Positions 29,123-38,601 of a DNA stretch of 64,000 bases are shown here, one piece after another. This DNA is from an uncultured bacterium. GTDB taxonomy: Bacteria; Chloroflexota; Dormibacteria; Aeolococcales; Aeolococcaceae. The number at the start of each line of letters is the position of its first letter. Positions within the stretch are counted from its first letter, which is position 1. The translations under genes were made by a program, and so were the position numbers. The notes beneath the pieces are model-generated. The model saw nothing but the letters and a program-made list of their open reading frames with translations. It searched no databases and had not been told where the DNA came from. Location of the stretch: NCBI GenBank assembly GCA_963716555.1, contig CAVQTJ010000002.1, positions 241,311-305,310 on the forward strand, in the 5' to 3' direction.

Positions 29123-30125
29123 TCAGCCGATGAGCCCGGCCTGACAGATCGGGCAGCGCACCGCGCCCTCCTCCCTCGGAGCCCCGCAGGACGCGCACCG
29201 CAGCGGCGTCGCCGGCACCCGCTCGACGCCGGTCGAACCCGCCGCCGGGACCAGCGCCTCCCCGTCGGGAAGCAGCAGATGGAAGCTGCGGGCACGCATC
29301 GCCAGCGCGGTCCAGGGAAGCTCCGGGTAATCGGGATCGAGCGCCGCGAGTTCGATCGACGGTCGCGATCGCCTGATCACGCTCACCAAGCAGGTAGTCG
29401 ACAACCGCGGAGTAGTAGACGCACTGCCGCTGCGCCGGACTCAGCGCCTCACCGCTCGGAGGTGTCACCCTGCCCAGCACCGCCCGTGCCTCACGGAGAT
29501 CCTCGCTGCACATCAGCCCATAGGCGAGGTGAGCGGAGGCCGACGCGCGCGCCTCAGCGCTGAGCCCCGCGCCGGCAACCACCACCGTGAAGCTGGCGAT
29601 CGAGGCGTCGACCGCGCCGTGTCGCAGGCAGGCCGCCGCATACCAAGCGCGCATCCGCCAGTCGTCAGGGGCCTGCGCCAGGTACGCGCGATAGAAGCGG
29701 ATCGCCGCCGCCAGGTGCAGGTGGCGGTGGTGCCAGCGGGCCATCGCCGCCAGAACCAGCGGAGAATCCGGCGCCACGGCGTACGCCGACTCGAGCAGCG
29801 CCCGAGCGTCTGGCGGCTCCCTCTCGGCCTCGGCAACCAGGACGCGCACCCTCCACACCGGACGGCGCAGCTGAACCAGACCGATCACCAGCAGCGGAAG
29901 GCCGAGCGGAGCCGTGACCACCAGCAGGGTGAGCAACACGCCCCAGGCGATCTTCTGCGGCGGCAGCCACGTTCGCGGCGACCAAGCGGAGCGCTCCTGG
30001 ACCTCATCGCGTTCGAATCCCACTAGCTCCCGCGGCCCGAACCGCCGCGACACCGCGGATGGCGGATCGGCGAGCATGGCGGCGGGCTGGTCGGAGGCCA
30101 CAACCAACCTCACCATCACCGACAA
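29123..30125 (-). pseudogene. Membrane-anchored TPR-like protein with C-terminal zinc ribbon, frameshifted near 29350
   Basis: TM plus helical-repeat region in one frame. The C-terminus ...RCASCGAPREEGAVRCPICQAGLIG is in another frame. Confidence 0.45.
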
Positions 30126-30232
30126 TTCCGACTCTCGAGCATCCGGTTCTTCGCCCGAAAAGCTTAGGGGAACGAGACGAGCGGCATCGGCGTCACCGGC
30201 GGGAGCGCGCTCGCTCCAGGGAAGCCACCTCG

Positions 30233-31093
30233 ATGAGTGAGCGCACCGCCGCGGCGCCTCATGCGCACGGCATGCTCGCGACGGCTATCCGGGGGGCGCT
30301 GGTGCTCATCCTCTGCGCCCTGGCAGCGGTCACCCTGGGGTTCATCGCCCCGGTGGTCGTCCCGATCGGCGTCCTGCTCGTGCTCACCGTGCTTCTTGAC
30401 CCGGGCGGCCTGGGCACCAAGCTGCGCGCATCGCCGGGCTGGTGGGGGTTTCCCGGCCTGCGCTGGGGCTCACGCGGCGCGCTGCCCTTCGCGAGCCTGG
30501 TCGCCTGCTACACGGTGCTGCTCCCGGCGCTCGCCTTCGCCGGGCTGCGCCTGATCCCGACCGGGCCGGGACCGCTGGCCACCGTCCCCGGCCAGCAGGG
30601 GAGCTCGGCGACGGCGCAACCGGGATCGGCGGCGCCGTCCGGATCGGGAGCATCCGGCCCGGGCACGACGCACTCGGCGCAGCCGGGGACGCAATCGCCC
30701 TCAACACGCCATCGCCCCACGCCCGGAGGAACGTCCACCGCGGCGAGCAGCCCCACCGGGACGGCCACCCCGACCCCGGGCACGAGCCCATCCCCCACCA
30801 TCTCCCCTTCACCCACCTCCACACCGTCCCCAACCAACATCCCCACCCCGACCTCCACGCCGGAGATGGACCTCTGCGGGGCCCCGGCAAATCCCTGGGG
30901 CTACAACCTCTGCAGCGGCCCCGAGATCACCGCGGCGCCGGCCACCTTCTGCTCCTATTTCATGTGCGTGTCCCACTTCTCCACCGGGAGCGGTTACATC
31001 GTCGAGTGCTCCTCCGGCGACTACTCCTGGGACGTGATGACCGGCAACGTCCACCAGATGTGCGGCCAGATCCTCCAGCCCCTGTACGCCTGA
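30233..31093 (+). CDS. Membrane protein with a Pro/Thr/Ser-rich linker and a Cys-rich C-terminal domain
   Basis: Starts MSERTAAAP. 3-4 TMS, a PT-rich linker, and C-terminus DLCGAPANPWGYNLC...FCSYFMC...IVECSSGDYSWD. Confidence 0.5.
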   Translation: MSERTAAAPHAHGMLATAIRGALVLILCALAAVTLGFIAPVVVPIGVLLVLTVLLDPGGLGTKLRASPGWWGFPGLRWGSRGALPFASLVACYTVLLPALAFAGLRLIPTGPGPLATVPGQQGSSATAQPGSAAPSGSGASGPGTTHSAQPGTQSPSTRHRPTPGGTSTAASSPTGTATPTPGTSPSPTISPSPTSTPSPTNIPTPTSTPEMDLCGAPANPWGYNLCSGPEITAAPATFCSYFMCVSHFSTGSGYIVECSSGDYSWDVMTGNVHQMCGQILQPLYA

Positions 31094-31202
31094 CGGCAGC
31101 CCGACCAGCGGGAGGTCGACGTCGGCGCATCGCGCTCCACGTCGTGGTTCGCACTCGTGCGCCGACCCCCGCCGGGCATCGAGCGGGACCTGGATAACCT
31201 CC

Positions 31203-31658
31203 TCAGCGCCAGGCCGGAAGCAGGTCGACCTGCACCTCGCCGAAAAGCCCGCGGGCCGCCGCCGCCTGGCGGGCATCGGCGGTGCAGAACCGCAACCCGC
31301 CTGCCGCCCCGAGGCGCCGACCGGCGAGGGCAGCGGTGGCGAGATGGAGGGCGTCGAGGGTGCGGAGGGGAAACCGTGTCGCGACGGACCGGGCCTCGGC
31401 GAGGACGTCCCCGCTGACGGCGAGAAGCGCGCAGGCGTCAAGGGCCTCCCGGCGCGCGGCGGAGAGCAGCGCGTCCCGCTCAGTGAGCGTGATCTCGGCA
31501 TCGTGCCAGCGCTTGTGGATCGATACCCAGCACTCGGTCTCGCTGACCGCGGAGGTGAGGGGGGAGTCGCGCAGCGCGGTCGCAGCGAGGGCCCAATCGC
31601 CCCGCCGCTCGACGAGCCGCAGCAGTGCGCTGGTGTCGATGTAGGTGGCCGTTGTCAG
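31203..31658 (-). CDS. vapC: PIN-domain toxin (VapC-like) without a canonical start codon
   Basis: Hand translation (not in the ORF track): (L)TTATYIDTSALLRLVERRGD...RTLDALHLATAALAG...CTADARQAAAARGL. The only in-frame initiator-like codon at the 5' end is a CTG overlapping the antitoxin TGA (CTGA). Confidence 0.6.
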   Translation of the reverse strand: MTTATYIDTSALLRLVERRGDWALAATALRDSPLTSAVSETECWVSIHKRWHDAEITLTERDALLSAARREALDACALLAVSGDVLAEARSVATRFPLRTLDALHLATAALAGRRLGAAGGLRFCTADARQAAAARGLFGEVQVDLLPAWR

Positions 31659-31927
31659 CGCTCGCCGCGGGCCCAGTCCAGAGCGCTGCTCAGCTCCGGT
31701 CTGTCCACCTCAGCCTCGAGGGGGACGGGCGCGGCCACGGGAGGACGTGCGAGCAGGGGTTCGAGCGCCCGCATCACCTCGCTCGGAAGTCGACCCTCAC
31801 CGAGCCCCTGGGCGAGCACCTCGCTGGCGACGGTGTTCAGCGAACGCCCCTCACGGCGGCTCCTCGCTCGCAGCAGGTCCACCTCCCAGTCCGGGAGGCG
31901 CAAGGTGACCTTCTCCATTGCCAGCAT
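31655..31927 (-). CDS. RHH-like antitoxin
   Basis: M(LA)MEKVTLRLPDWEVDLLRARSRREGRSLNTVASEVLAQGL. Confidence 0.65.
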   Translation of the reverse strand: MLAMEKVTLRLPDWEVDLLRARSRREGRSLNTVASEVLAQGLGEGRLPSEVMRALEPLLARPPVAAPVPLEAEVDRPELSSALDWARGER

Positions 31928-32126
31928 AATGGCATAAGTGCCAGCACCATGGCACCCCAGACTCGCCAACATCTGGCGCGAATGGTACGATCGGAGCCCA
32001 GAGCGGCTGCCCACCCCGCAAGCCCGCCCGACCCCAGCGGATCACCCACCACCCCACCCCGCCCGACACCGCTGGGGGAGAGCGTTACGCTACGCGGGCC
32101 GCTCTCCAGAAATCGAGGGGGTCGGG

Positions 32127-32846
32127 ATGGCACGGACCGCAGAGGGGGAGGCGACGAGCGAGGACAGCCGCGGGGACGATCGGACAATCCGCGTCCTGGT
32201 GGTCGACGACCACCGCGCGGTGGCTGAATCCATCGCCATGGCCATCGACCTCCAGCCGGACCTCCGCTGCGTGGGCATCGCCGCCACCTCCGCAGAGGCC
32301 AGGGCGATGCTGCTGATCAAGAGCCCGGACGTGGTCCTCACCGACGTCCGCCTGCCCGACGGTGACGGGGTGGACGGGGCCCGCCGGCTGCTCGAGCTCC
32401 GCCCCGACCTGCGGGTGATCGTGCTCACCGCCCACACCGACCTCGACGTGATCGCCCGCGCCGCCTCCGCCGGGGTCTGCGGCTTCCTCCCCAAGGAGAG
32501 CGGCATCGGCATCGTGCTGGATGCGATCCGGCGCGCCGGCGAGGGCGCGATGGCGATCGACTCCGCCGTGCTCGGCGCGGTGCTGCACCGCGTCCAGAAC
32601 GAGCCACCGCAACCGGCCGAGACGCTGGGGGGCGATCTCACCGAGCGCGAGCGCGAGGTGCTCGGGCTGCTCGGCCAGGGGCTCGACCCCCAGGCGATCG
32701 CCCGCCAGCTGGGGATCAGCCTGCACACCTGTCGCGGCCACGTGAAGAGCATCCTCGCCAAGCTCGATGCCCACAGCCAGCTCCAGGCGGTGGTCAAGGC
32801 CAGCCGGCTCGGCCTGGCCCGGGGCTTCGCCGATGACCGAGGCTGA
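32127..32846 (+). CDS. NarL/LuxR-family response regulator
   Basis: REC (IRVLVVDDHRAV...VVLTDVRLPDGDG) plus LuxR HTH (LTEREREVLGLLGQGLDPQAIARQLGISLHTCRGHVKSILAKL). Confidence 0.85.
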   Translation: MARTAEGEATSEDSRGDDRTIRVLVVDDHRAVAESIAMAIDLQPDLRCVGIAATSAEARAMLLIKSPDVVLTDVRLPDGDGVDGARRLLELRPDLRVIVLTAHTDLDVIARAASAGVCGFLPKESGIGIVLDAIRRAGEGAMAIDSAVLGAVLHRVQNEPPQPAETLGGDLTEREREVLGLLGQGLDPQAIARQLGISLHTCRGHVKSILAKLDAHSQLQAVVKASRLGLARGFADDRG

Positions 32847-35800
32847 GACCGGCACCGACCTGGCGGCGCAAGCGGGAAGCCGATCCCTCCCCGCGCTGCT
32901 CCGAGGCGTGGCCGGGGGGAGCGATGAGCAGGTGCTCACCGGCGCCCTGCCCCTGCTCTGCGCCGCCCTGGGTTTCGAGGTGGGGCACGCCTACGCAGTT
33001 GAGGATCAATCCACGCGCTCAGTGTCCTGGCACCTGGCGGACGCCCGTTTCGAGCCGTTTCGCGCCGTCACCCCGCCGGGCAGCCCGGAGCCCGCGGGGG
33101 TGGTGGTGGCCGCGCTCACCAGCGGGGAGCCGGTGTGGCTGGAGGATATGCGCAGCAACCCCGTCTTCCTCCGCTCCCGGGCCGCCGAGGTGACCGGCCT
33201 GAACAGCGGAGCCTGCCTGCCCGTCCGCGCCGGAAGCGAGATCCTGGCGGTGCTGGAGCTGTTCAGCACCCAACCGCCCCCCATCCGCGCCGCCACCCGG
33301 GCCATGCTTCTCGACTCCACCGACGCCCTGGGGGAGGCGCTGACGGCCGCGCGCCGGCAGTCGAGCATGCGGTCCGCGGCCCGGCTGTGGCACGCCATCT
33401 TCGAGGGCCCCCAACCAGTGGCGGTGGTGGGGGTGGGACTGGAGGTGCTGGAGGCCAACCCCGCGCTCGGCGAGCTGCTCGGCACCGAGCCCTCGAGGAT
33501 GTCCGGCCTCAGCCTTGTCGATCTCGGCGCCACCGAGGATGACCGCGAGGTGATCGGGCTGCTGGCCGCCCGGCTCGATCGACCGCAACCGAATGGCGAG
33601 TCCGCCAGCCTGGCCTGCGTCCTGCACGACCGGCGAGAGCACGAGGTGGAGGTCGGGATCAGGGCATGGCCGGCTCCTGCGGAGGACGGCGAGGCACCCC
33701 GGCTCATCTGTCTCATCACCCCGGCGCGGCAGGCCGCCGTGACCGGCCGCGGTGGGCGCTTCGACGAGGCCCGAGCGGTGCTCAGCGAGCTGCCGCGCAT
33801 CCGCGACCTGGAGCGGCTGGTCCCGGTGGCCATCGCCTGCGCGGCGCGGCTCTCCGGCGACTACGCCGGCCTGGCCCTGCTCCAGCCCGAGGGCGGGGGC
33901 TACGCCAGCTACCACCACACCTCGCCCGACGGCTACGCGGTGGAGCTGCAGTCCGACCGGGTGGCCCGGATGCCGATCCTCGATGCGCTCCGCCAGGAGG
34001 ACCGGCCCATCCGGGTGGCCAAGGTCTCCGACCATCCCCTCTTCGTCGGCTTCCCCCCGGGCCAGCCCGCCCCCAACGCCTTTCTGGGCGTGTCGCTCCG
34101 GGCGGCGGGCCAGACCGTGGGTCACCTGCTCCTGGCCCGGCGGGAGCCCGAGCCCTTCTCCGACCAGGAGGAGGCGGTGGCCACCGAGATCGCCGCGGTG
34201 ATCGCCCAGGTGGTCCGCCTGGTGCGCGCCGAGGAGCGGATCCCGGTTCTGCGCACCCGGGCCCAGCGTCTGGTGCGCGCCAACCTGGCCCTGATGCGTC
34301 AGGTCCGCCCGGAGGGGGTCGCCCAGTGGTCGGTCAACGACCTCCGGACCACCGTCGACGCCGAGTATGCCGCCCTGCTCATGAACGGAGTGGAGGGCGA
34401 CGGAGCCGCCTCCTTTGTCCATTCCGGGCTGGCCAGAGGGCGGACGGCAGCGGTGGCCGCGTCTCGCCCCGAGGCCCGGGGCCTCCTCGGAGCCGCGATG
34501 CTGACCCGCCGGCCGATGCGCCTCGCCGACCTCCGCGACCATCCCACCCACTCCGCGCTCCCCGACGGCCACCCGGAGATGACCTCGTTCGTCTCCGCCC
34601 CGGTGATCCGCCAGGGCGAGGTGATCGGCCTGCTCTTCGCCACCAACAAGCGCGGCGCCGCCGAGTTCAGCCCCGACGACGAGGCATTCGTCGCCCAGAT
34701 GGCCACCGAGCTGGGCCGCTCCCGGCTGCTGGGGGCCGAGCCGGCGCCCGCGGACGTCATGGAGCGCCTGGTGGTGGCCTCGCGCGCGCTGCGCCACCAG
34801 ATGGACACGACCCGGTCGTTCCTGGGAAGCCTCTCCCACGAGCTCCGCGGCGCCATCAGCGGCATCCTGATCTCCGCGGAGCTGCTCACCGACCCCTCCC
34901 TGGGGACCCTCGGGGAGGAGCAGGTCCGCGTCCTCGCCATCCGGATCCACTCCGTGGCCGGCAACCTGCTCACCCTGGTGGACAACCTCCTCGACCTGGG
35001 ACAGCTCGAGGCGGGCCGGCTGGACATCCAGCTGCAGCCCGTGGACCTCCCCGCGGTGCTGCACGACGTCGAGGATGTGGTCAAGCCCCTGGCGGAGCGC
35101 GCCGGGGTGAGCCTCGAGTGGCCGCGGCTCGCCCGGGTCCCGAGGGTGGTCGCCGACCCGGTGCGGCTGCGCCAGGTGCTGGTCAACCTCATGACCAACG
35201 CGGTCAAGTTCACCCCGGCCGGAGGACGAGCCTGGTTGGAGATCACCCCCGATACCGAGACCGTGAGCCTGGCGGTGTGTGATACCGGCCGGGGTGTCCT
35301 GGAAGAGGAGCGGGAGCGGATCTTCGAGCCCTTTGCCCGGTCGGCGCAGGCGGGCATCGACCACGTCCCCGGAGTGGGGCTCGGGCTGGCCATCTGCCGG
35401 CGCATCACCGAGCTGCACGGCAGCCGGCTGGAGCTGGTCAGCGAGCCGGGCTTGGGCAGCCGCTTCTCCTTCAGCCTGCGGCGCTCCCGGGAACCGCTGC
35501 CTCCACGGCTGCTGCGCCCGCCGGGAGGCGCGATCGGGGTCGCCGGCCGGGACGGCGCGCCACTCTCCGTGCTCCTGGTCGAGGACGACCCGGTCAACCG
35601 CCAGTCGATGAGCGACGTGCTGACCGCCGCGGGCTATCAGGTGCGGGCGGTGGCGACGCGGTCGGCGGCGCTGGAGTCGGCCGGCAAGCACGCTCCGGAC
35701 CTGGTCATCCTCGATGTCCAGCTGCCCGACGGTGACGGCCTGGAGATCGTGGACACCCTCCGCTCCACCGCGGCCCGGTCGCTGGCGGTGGTGGCGGTCT

Positions 35801-35937
35801 CCGCCGACCGGGTGGGCGACGTGGTCGACCGCGCCGCCCGGGCCGGGTGCGACCGCTTTGTCCTCAAGCCGGTGCCGGCCCGCGAGCTCCTGGCGGTGGT
35901 GGGCTCGGCGCTGGTGGACGTGAGAGCGGGTATCTGA
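32833..35937 (+). CDS. Cytoplasmic hybrid sensor histidine kinase (GAF/PAS-like repeats, HisKA, HATPase, REC)
   Basis: ATG overlaps the regulator stop (ATGA). H-box LGSLSHELRGAISGI. N/G boxes NLMTNAVKFTP, DTGRGV, GVGLGLAICRRI. C-terminal REC LLVEDDPVNR...ILDVQLPDGDG...KP. Confidence 0.85.
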   Translation: MTEAETGTDLAAQAGSRSLPALLRGVAGGSDEQVLTGALPLLCAALGFEVGHAYAVEDQSTRSVSWHLADARFEPFRAVTPPGSPEPAGVVVAALTSGEPVWLEDMRSNPVFLRSRAAEVTGLNSGACLPVRAGSEILAVLELFSTQPPPIRAATRAMLLDSTDALGEALTAARRQSSMRSAARLWHAIFEGPQPVAVVGVGLEVLEANPALGELLGTEPSRMSGLSLVDLGATEDDREVIGLLAARLDRPQPNGESASLACVLHDRREHEVEVGIRAWPAPAEDGEAPRLICLITPARQAAVTGRGGRFDEARAVLSELPRIRDLERLVPVAIACAARLSGDYAGLALLQPEGGGYASYHHTSPDGYAVELQSDRVARMPILDALRQEDRPIRVAKVSDHPLFVGFPPGQPAPNAFLGVSLRAAGQTVGHLLLARREPEPFSDQEEAVATEIAAVIAQVVRLVRAEERIPVLRTRAQRLVRANLALMRQVRPEGVAQWSVNDLRTTVDAEYAALLMNGVEGDGAASFVHSGLARGRTAAVAASRPEARGLLGAAMLTRRPMRLADLRDHPTHSALPDGHPEMTSFVSAPVIRQGEVIGLLFATNKRGAAEFSPDDEAFVAQMATELGRSRLLGAEPAPADVMERLVVASRALRHQMDTTRSFLGSLSHELRGAISGILISAELLTDPSLGTLGEEQVRVLAIRIHSVAGNLLTLVDNLLDLGQLEAGRLDIQLQPVDLPAVLHDVEDVVKPLAERAGVSLEWPRLARVPRVVADPVRLRQVLVNLMTNAVKFTPAGGRAWLEITPDTETVSLAVCDTGRGVLEEERERIFEPFARSAQAGIDHVPGVGLGLAICRRITELHGSRLELVSEPGLGSRFSFSLRRSREPLPPRLLRPPGGAIGVAGRDGAPLSVLLVEDDPVNRQSMSDVLTAAGYQVRAVATRSAALESAGKHAPDLVILDVQLPDGDGLEIVDTLRSTAARSLAVVAVSADRVGDVVDRAARAGCDRFVLKPVPARELLAVVGSALVDVRAGI

Positions 35938-36181
35938 CCCAGGGATAGTCAATCGCAGGGTTACGACCCGATTTGGGGGTGGCTCGTGACCCAGGGTGGG
36001 CTGGTGACCGATTCGGGGTACCCGTAGGCTGACCACGCAGCATCCAGGATGCTGTCCGCCTCGGTGAGGGGGGCGAACGAGAGGATACGGGGGGCCGGGC
36101 TCGCCGATGACGGCACTCGACGCACTGTCTTCCCATCCCGTTGCGCCCCGCAGCTCCGCCCCCCCTCCCTGGCGGTAGGCG
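35938..36181 (+). promoter_or_regulatory. Candidate control region of the TasA-like operon
   Basis: Direct repeats GACCCAGGG...GACCCGATTTGGGG and GACCCAGGG...GACCGATTCGGGG, plus a perfect palindrome CAGCATCC-A-GGATGCTG at 36038-36054. No promoter boxes assigned. Confidence 0.3.
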
Positions 36182-37858
36182 ATGGCACCGCGCGCCGGCC
36201 CACGATTCCATCCGCTGCGGACCATCATCAGCGTCTTCCTGGTGGTGGCCGCCATCGCCGTGGTCCTGGTGGTGGTACCCGCGGCGCAGTCGCTGGTGCT
36301 CGGAAGCAAGCTGACGTCCGTCACCGATTTCGGTATCTCGGGCAGCGTGACCAACCTGGCGCCCGGCCTGGGCTCACCGCTCGACCTCACCGTGAGCAAC
36401 CCGTACACCAACGCCGAGGACGCGATCACCCTCCTCACGGTCACGGTCCAGGTGTCACCGACCTCAACCATCACCTCGGTTCCCGCCAACTGCCCTGGGA
36501 CCGACCTGTCGCTCCAGTACAACGATGTGACGACCCCGCTCACCGGCAGTCCGGCTCAGGCGACCGTCACGCTGTCGTCTCCCCAGCCCATGATCCCGGC
36601 GAGCAGCTCGGCGTCATTCACTGATATTTCAGTCCTGCTGGCCACCGGCGCCAGCAACACCGGCTGCCAGAACGTCACCTTCCCGTTCAACTACTCGGCC
36701 ACCGGCAGCTACAAGGACGCGACGACCACCACGGTCGCATCCTCCTCGCCGGGCAACACCGCCGATGTCAGCCAGCCGGTGACCTACACGGCCACGGTGA
36801 CCCCGTCAATGTCGGGTCAGTCGTCGAATCCGACCGGCACGGTCATTTTCTATGACGCGTCGACCCCGATCGGCTGTTCCTCTTCGACCCCATTCAACTT
36901 CAACGGCGGCAGCAACACAGGCACAGCGACGTGCACGACCAGCTATGGTTCCACTGGCGCGCACTCCATCAGCGCGATGTATTCGGGCGACAGTGACTTC
37001 GCGGCCAGCACGTCGGCCACCATCACAGAGGTGGTCGTGGAGAGCGCCTGTGTGAGCATCTCCACCGGCGGGTCCAACACGACCACGATCACCGGCACGT
37101 ACGGCGGCAACTTCGAGGTCACGGCCGGCAAGGTCCTGTACATCAAGGGCGGGACCATCACCGGCAACGTCAAGGTCGACGCGGCGGGAGCGCTGCTGGC
37201 CTCGGCCGGAACGATCAACGGCAACCTCCAGTCCTCCGGAGGCCCGGTGGCCGTCCAGGGGACCACCGTGGATGGGAACCTGCAGGCGACCGACGCCCAG
37301 GCCTCCGTCGGTGCCGGCACCACCGTCGACGGGAACCTCCAGGTGAGTGGCACCTCGGTCTTCTGCAGCCTCGGATCCACGACCCAACCGGTCACCGTCA
37401 AGGGCAACCTCCAGGTCCAGTCGCTGCTCAGCAGCTCCACCAATGAGCTGATCTGCGGCACTGCCGTCAGCGGCAACATCCTCTATCAGAGCAATGCCTC
37501 TCCCGCCACCGTGGGCGGTGGGACCTCGAACTGCCCAGGGAACACCACCAATGGCAACTTCCAGGTTCAGAGCAACACCGCCGCGCTGGTCATCGACGGC
37601 AACAAGGCCGCCGGCAACTTCCTGGTGCAGAGCAACACAGCGCTGCTGAGCATCACGGGCAACACCACCGGGGGCAACTTCCAGGTCAGCGGCAACACCC
37701 TGCCTGCGCACACCTACCCGCCATACAGCACCCTCACCAACAACACGACTGATCCGAGCGGTGGCAACTGTCAGCTCAGCGGCAACTCCCCCGGTATCAC
37801 CGGCAGCGGCAACACCGTCCCGCCGGGCCGGGCCAACACATGCAACGGGAGCGCGTGA
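36182..37858 (+). CDS. Membrane-anchored surface protein: Ig-like domain plus beta-helix-like GN(L/F)Q repeats
   Basis: N-terminal TM; Ig-like segment (VTYTATVTP...GTVIFYDASTPIGC...ISAMYSGDSDFAAS); about 12 repeats of ...G(T)xxGN(L/F)Q(V/A/S).... Confidence 0.6.
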   Translation: MAPRAGPRFHPLRTIISVFLVVAAIAVVLVVVPAAQSLVLGSKLTSVTDFGISGSVTNLAPGLGSPLDLTVSNPYTNAEDAITLLTVTVQVSPTSTITSVPANCPGTDLSLQYNDVTTPLTGSPAQATVTLSSPQPMIPASSSASFTDISVLLATGASNTGCQNVTFPFNYSATGSYKDATTTTVASSSPGNTADVSQPVTYTATVTPSMSGQSSNPTGTVIFYDASTPIGCSSSTPFNFNGGSNTGTATCTTSYGSTGAHSISAMYSGDSDFAASTSATITEVVVESACVSISTGGSNTTTITGTYGGNFEVTAGKVLYIKGGTITGNVKVDAAGALLASAGTINGNLQSSGGPVAVQGTTVDGNLQATDAQASVGAGTTVDGNLQVSGTSVFCSLGSTTQPVTVKGNLQVQSLLSSSTNELICGTAVSGNILYQSNASPATVGGGTSNCPGNTTNGNFQVQSNTAALVIDGNKAAGNFLVQSNTALLSITGNTTGGNFQVSGNTLPAHTYPPYSTLTNNTTDPSGGNCQLSGNSPGITGSGNTVPPGRANTCNGSA

Positions 37859-37862
37859 CCAC

Positions 37863-38597
37863 ATGAGCGCCGCTTTCACTCCCGACGAGCCGACGAGCCC
37901 GCGGCGCCTCGGCCACCGCTGGCGGCTTCTGGGCATCCTCGCGCTCGTGGCAGCAGCCGCCGCCCTGGTGGCGAGCATTGCGCTGGGCGCGCTGAGCACC
38001 AATGGAGCGGGCACCGGCTCGGCATCGACCGGCTCCGTTGCCCTGACCACCAACGGGTCCGCAACCATGAGCTGCACGGTTGGCCCCATGGCTCCAGGAG
38101 ACTCGTCGACGGGCTGGAGCGGCAACCCCATCACCGGACAGACCGACACGAAGTCGGCACCCTGCACCCTCTCGGTAACGTACGCCGGCTCGCTCTCCGC
38201 ATTCATCGGCCTCGGCGTCAGCGGGGAAAACGGCCTGTACGACGGTACGCCGAACGGACTGCAGCTCCAGATCAGCGATGGCGTCAACTCGTACTCGACG
38301 AGCGGAGCGGTCAATCCCAACACAGCGTCGGATCCGCTGTACGTCGCGACGGACCCCGGCACCGCCAGCGGCGGCGGCCACACCTACGACTTCACGGTGA
38401 ACTACGCACTCCCGCGGACCTACAGCAGCTCCCCGGATACGCAGGACAACACCTATCAAGGCCGCTCCACGACGCTCGTGTTCACCGTCTATGCCGTCCA
38501 GACCGTCGGCGACGGCTATGCGACGACCAACGGAATGTCGGGCGGCCCTGCCTGCACTCCCGGCCAGCAGTGTTCGGGCATCACCGCCTGGAGTTGA
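37863..38597 (+). CDS. TasA/camelysin-like exported protein, paralog 1
   Basis: TM plus ALSTNGAGTGSASTGSVALT. CTLSVTYAGSLSAFIG, NTYQGRSTTLVFTVYAVQ. C-terminus CTPGQQCSGITAWS. Confidence 0.7.
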   Translation: MSAAFTPDEPTSPRRLGHRWRLLGILALVAAAAALVASIALGALSTNGAGTGSASTGSVALTTNGSATMSCTVGPMAPGDSSTGWSGNPITGQTDTKSAPCTLSVTYAGSLSAFIGLGVSGENGLYDGTPNGLQLQISDGVNSYSTSGAVNPNTASDPLYVATDPGTASGGGHTYDFTVNYALPRTYSSSPDTQDNTYQGRSTTLVFTVYAVQTVGDGYATTNGMSGGPACTPGQQCSGITAWS

Positions 38598-38601
38598 TGA
38601 G

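Noticed and set aside
30005-30030. tRNA-like T-loop string GTTCGAATCCCAC
   Set aside because: The flanking bases do not form a T-stem or acceptor stem, and the site lies inside a coding ORF.
33019-36543. 1174-aa ORF on the minus strand
   Set aside because: It is antisense to the well-supported hybrid histidine kinase. Its Arg/Gly/Pro-rich composition with no recognisable motifs is typical of spurious long ORFs in high-GC DNA.
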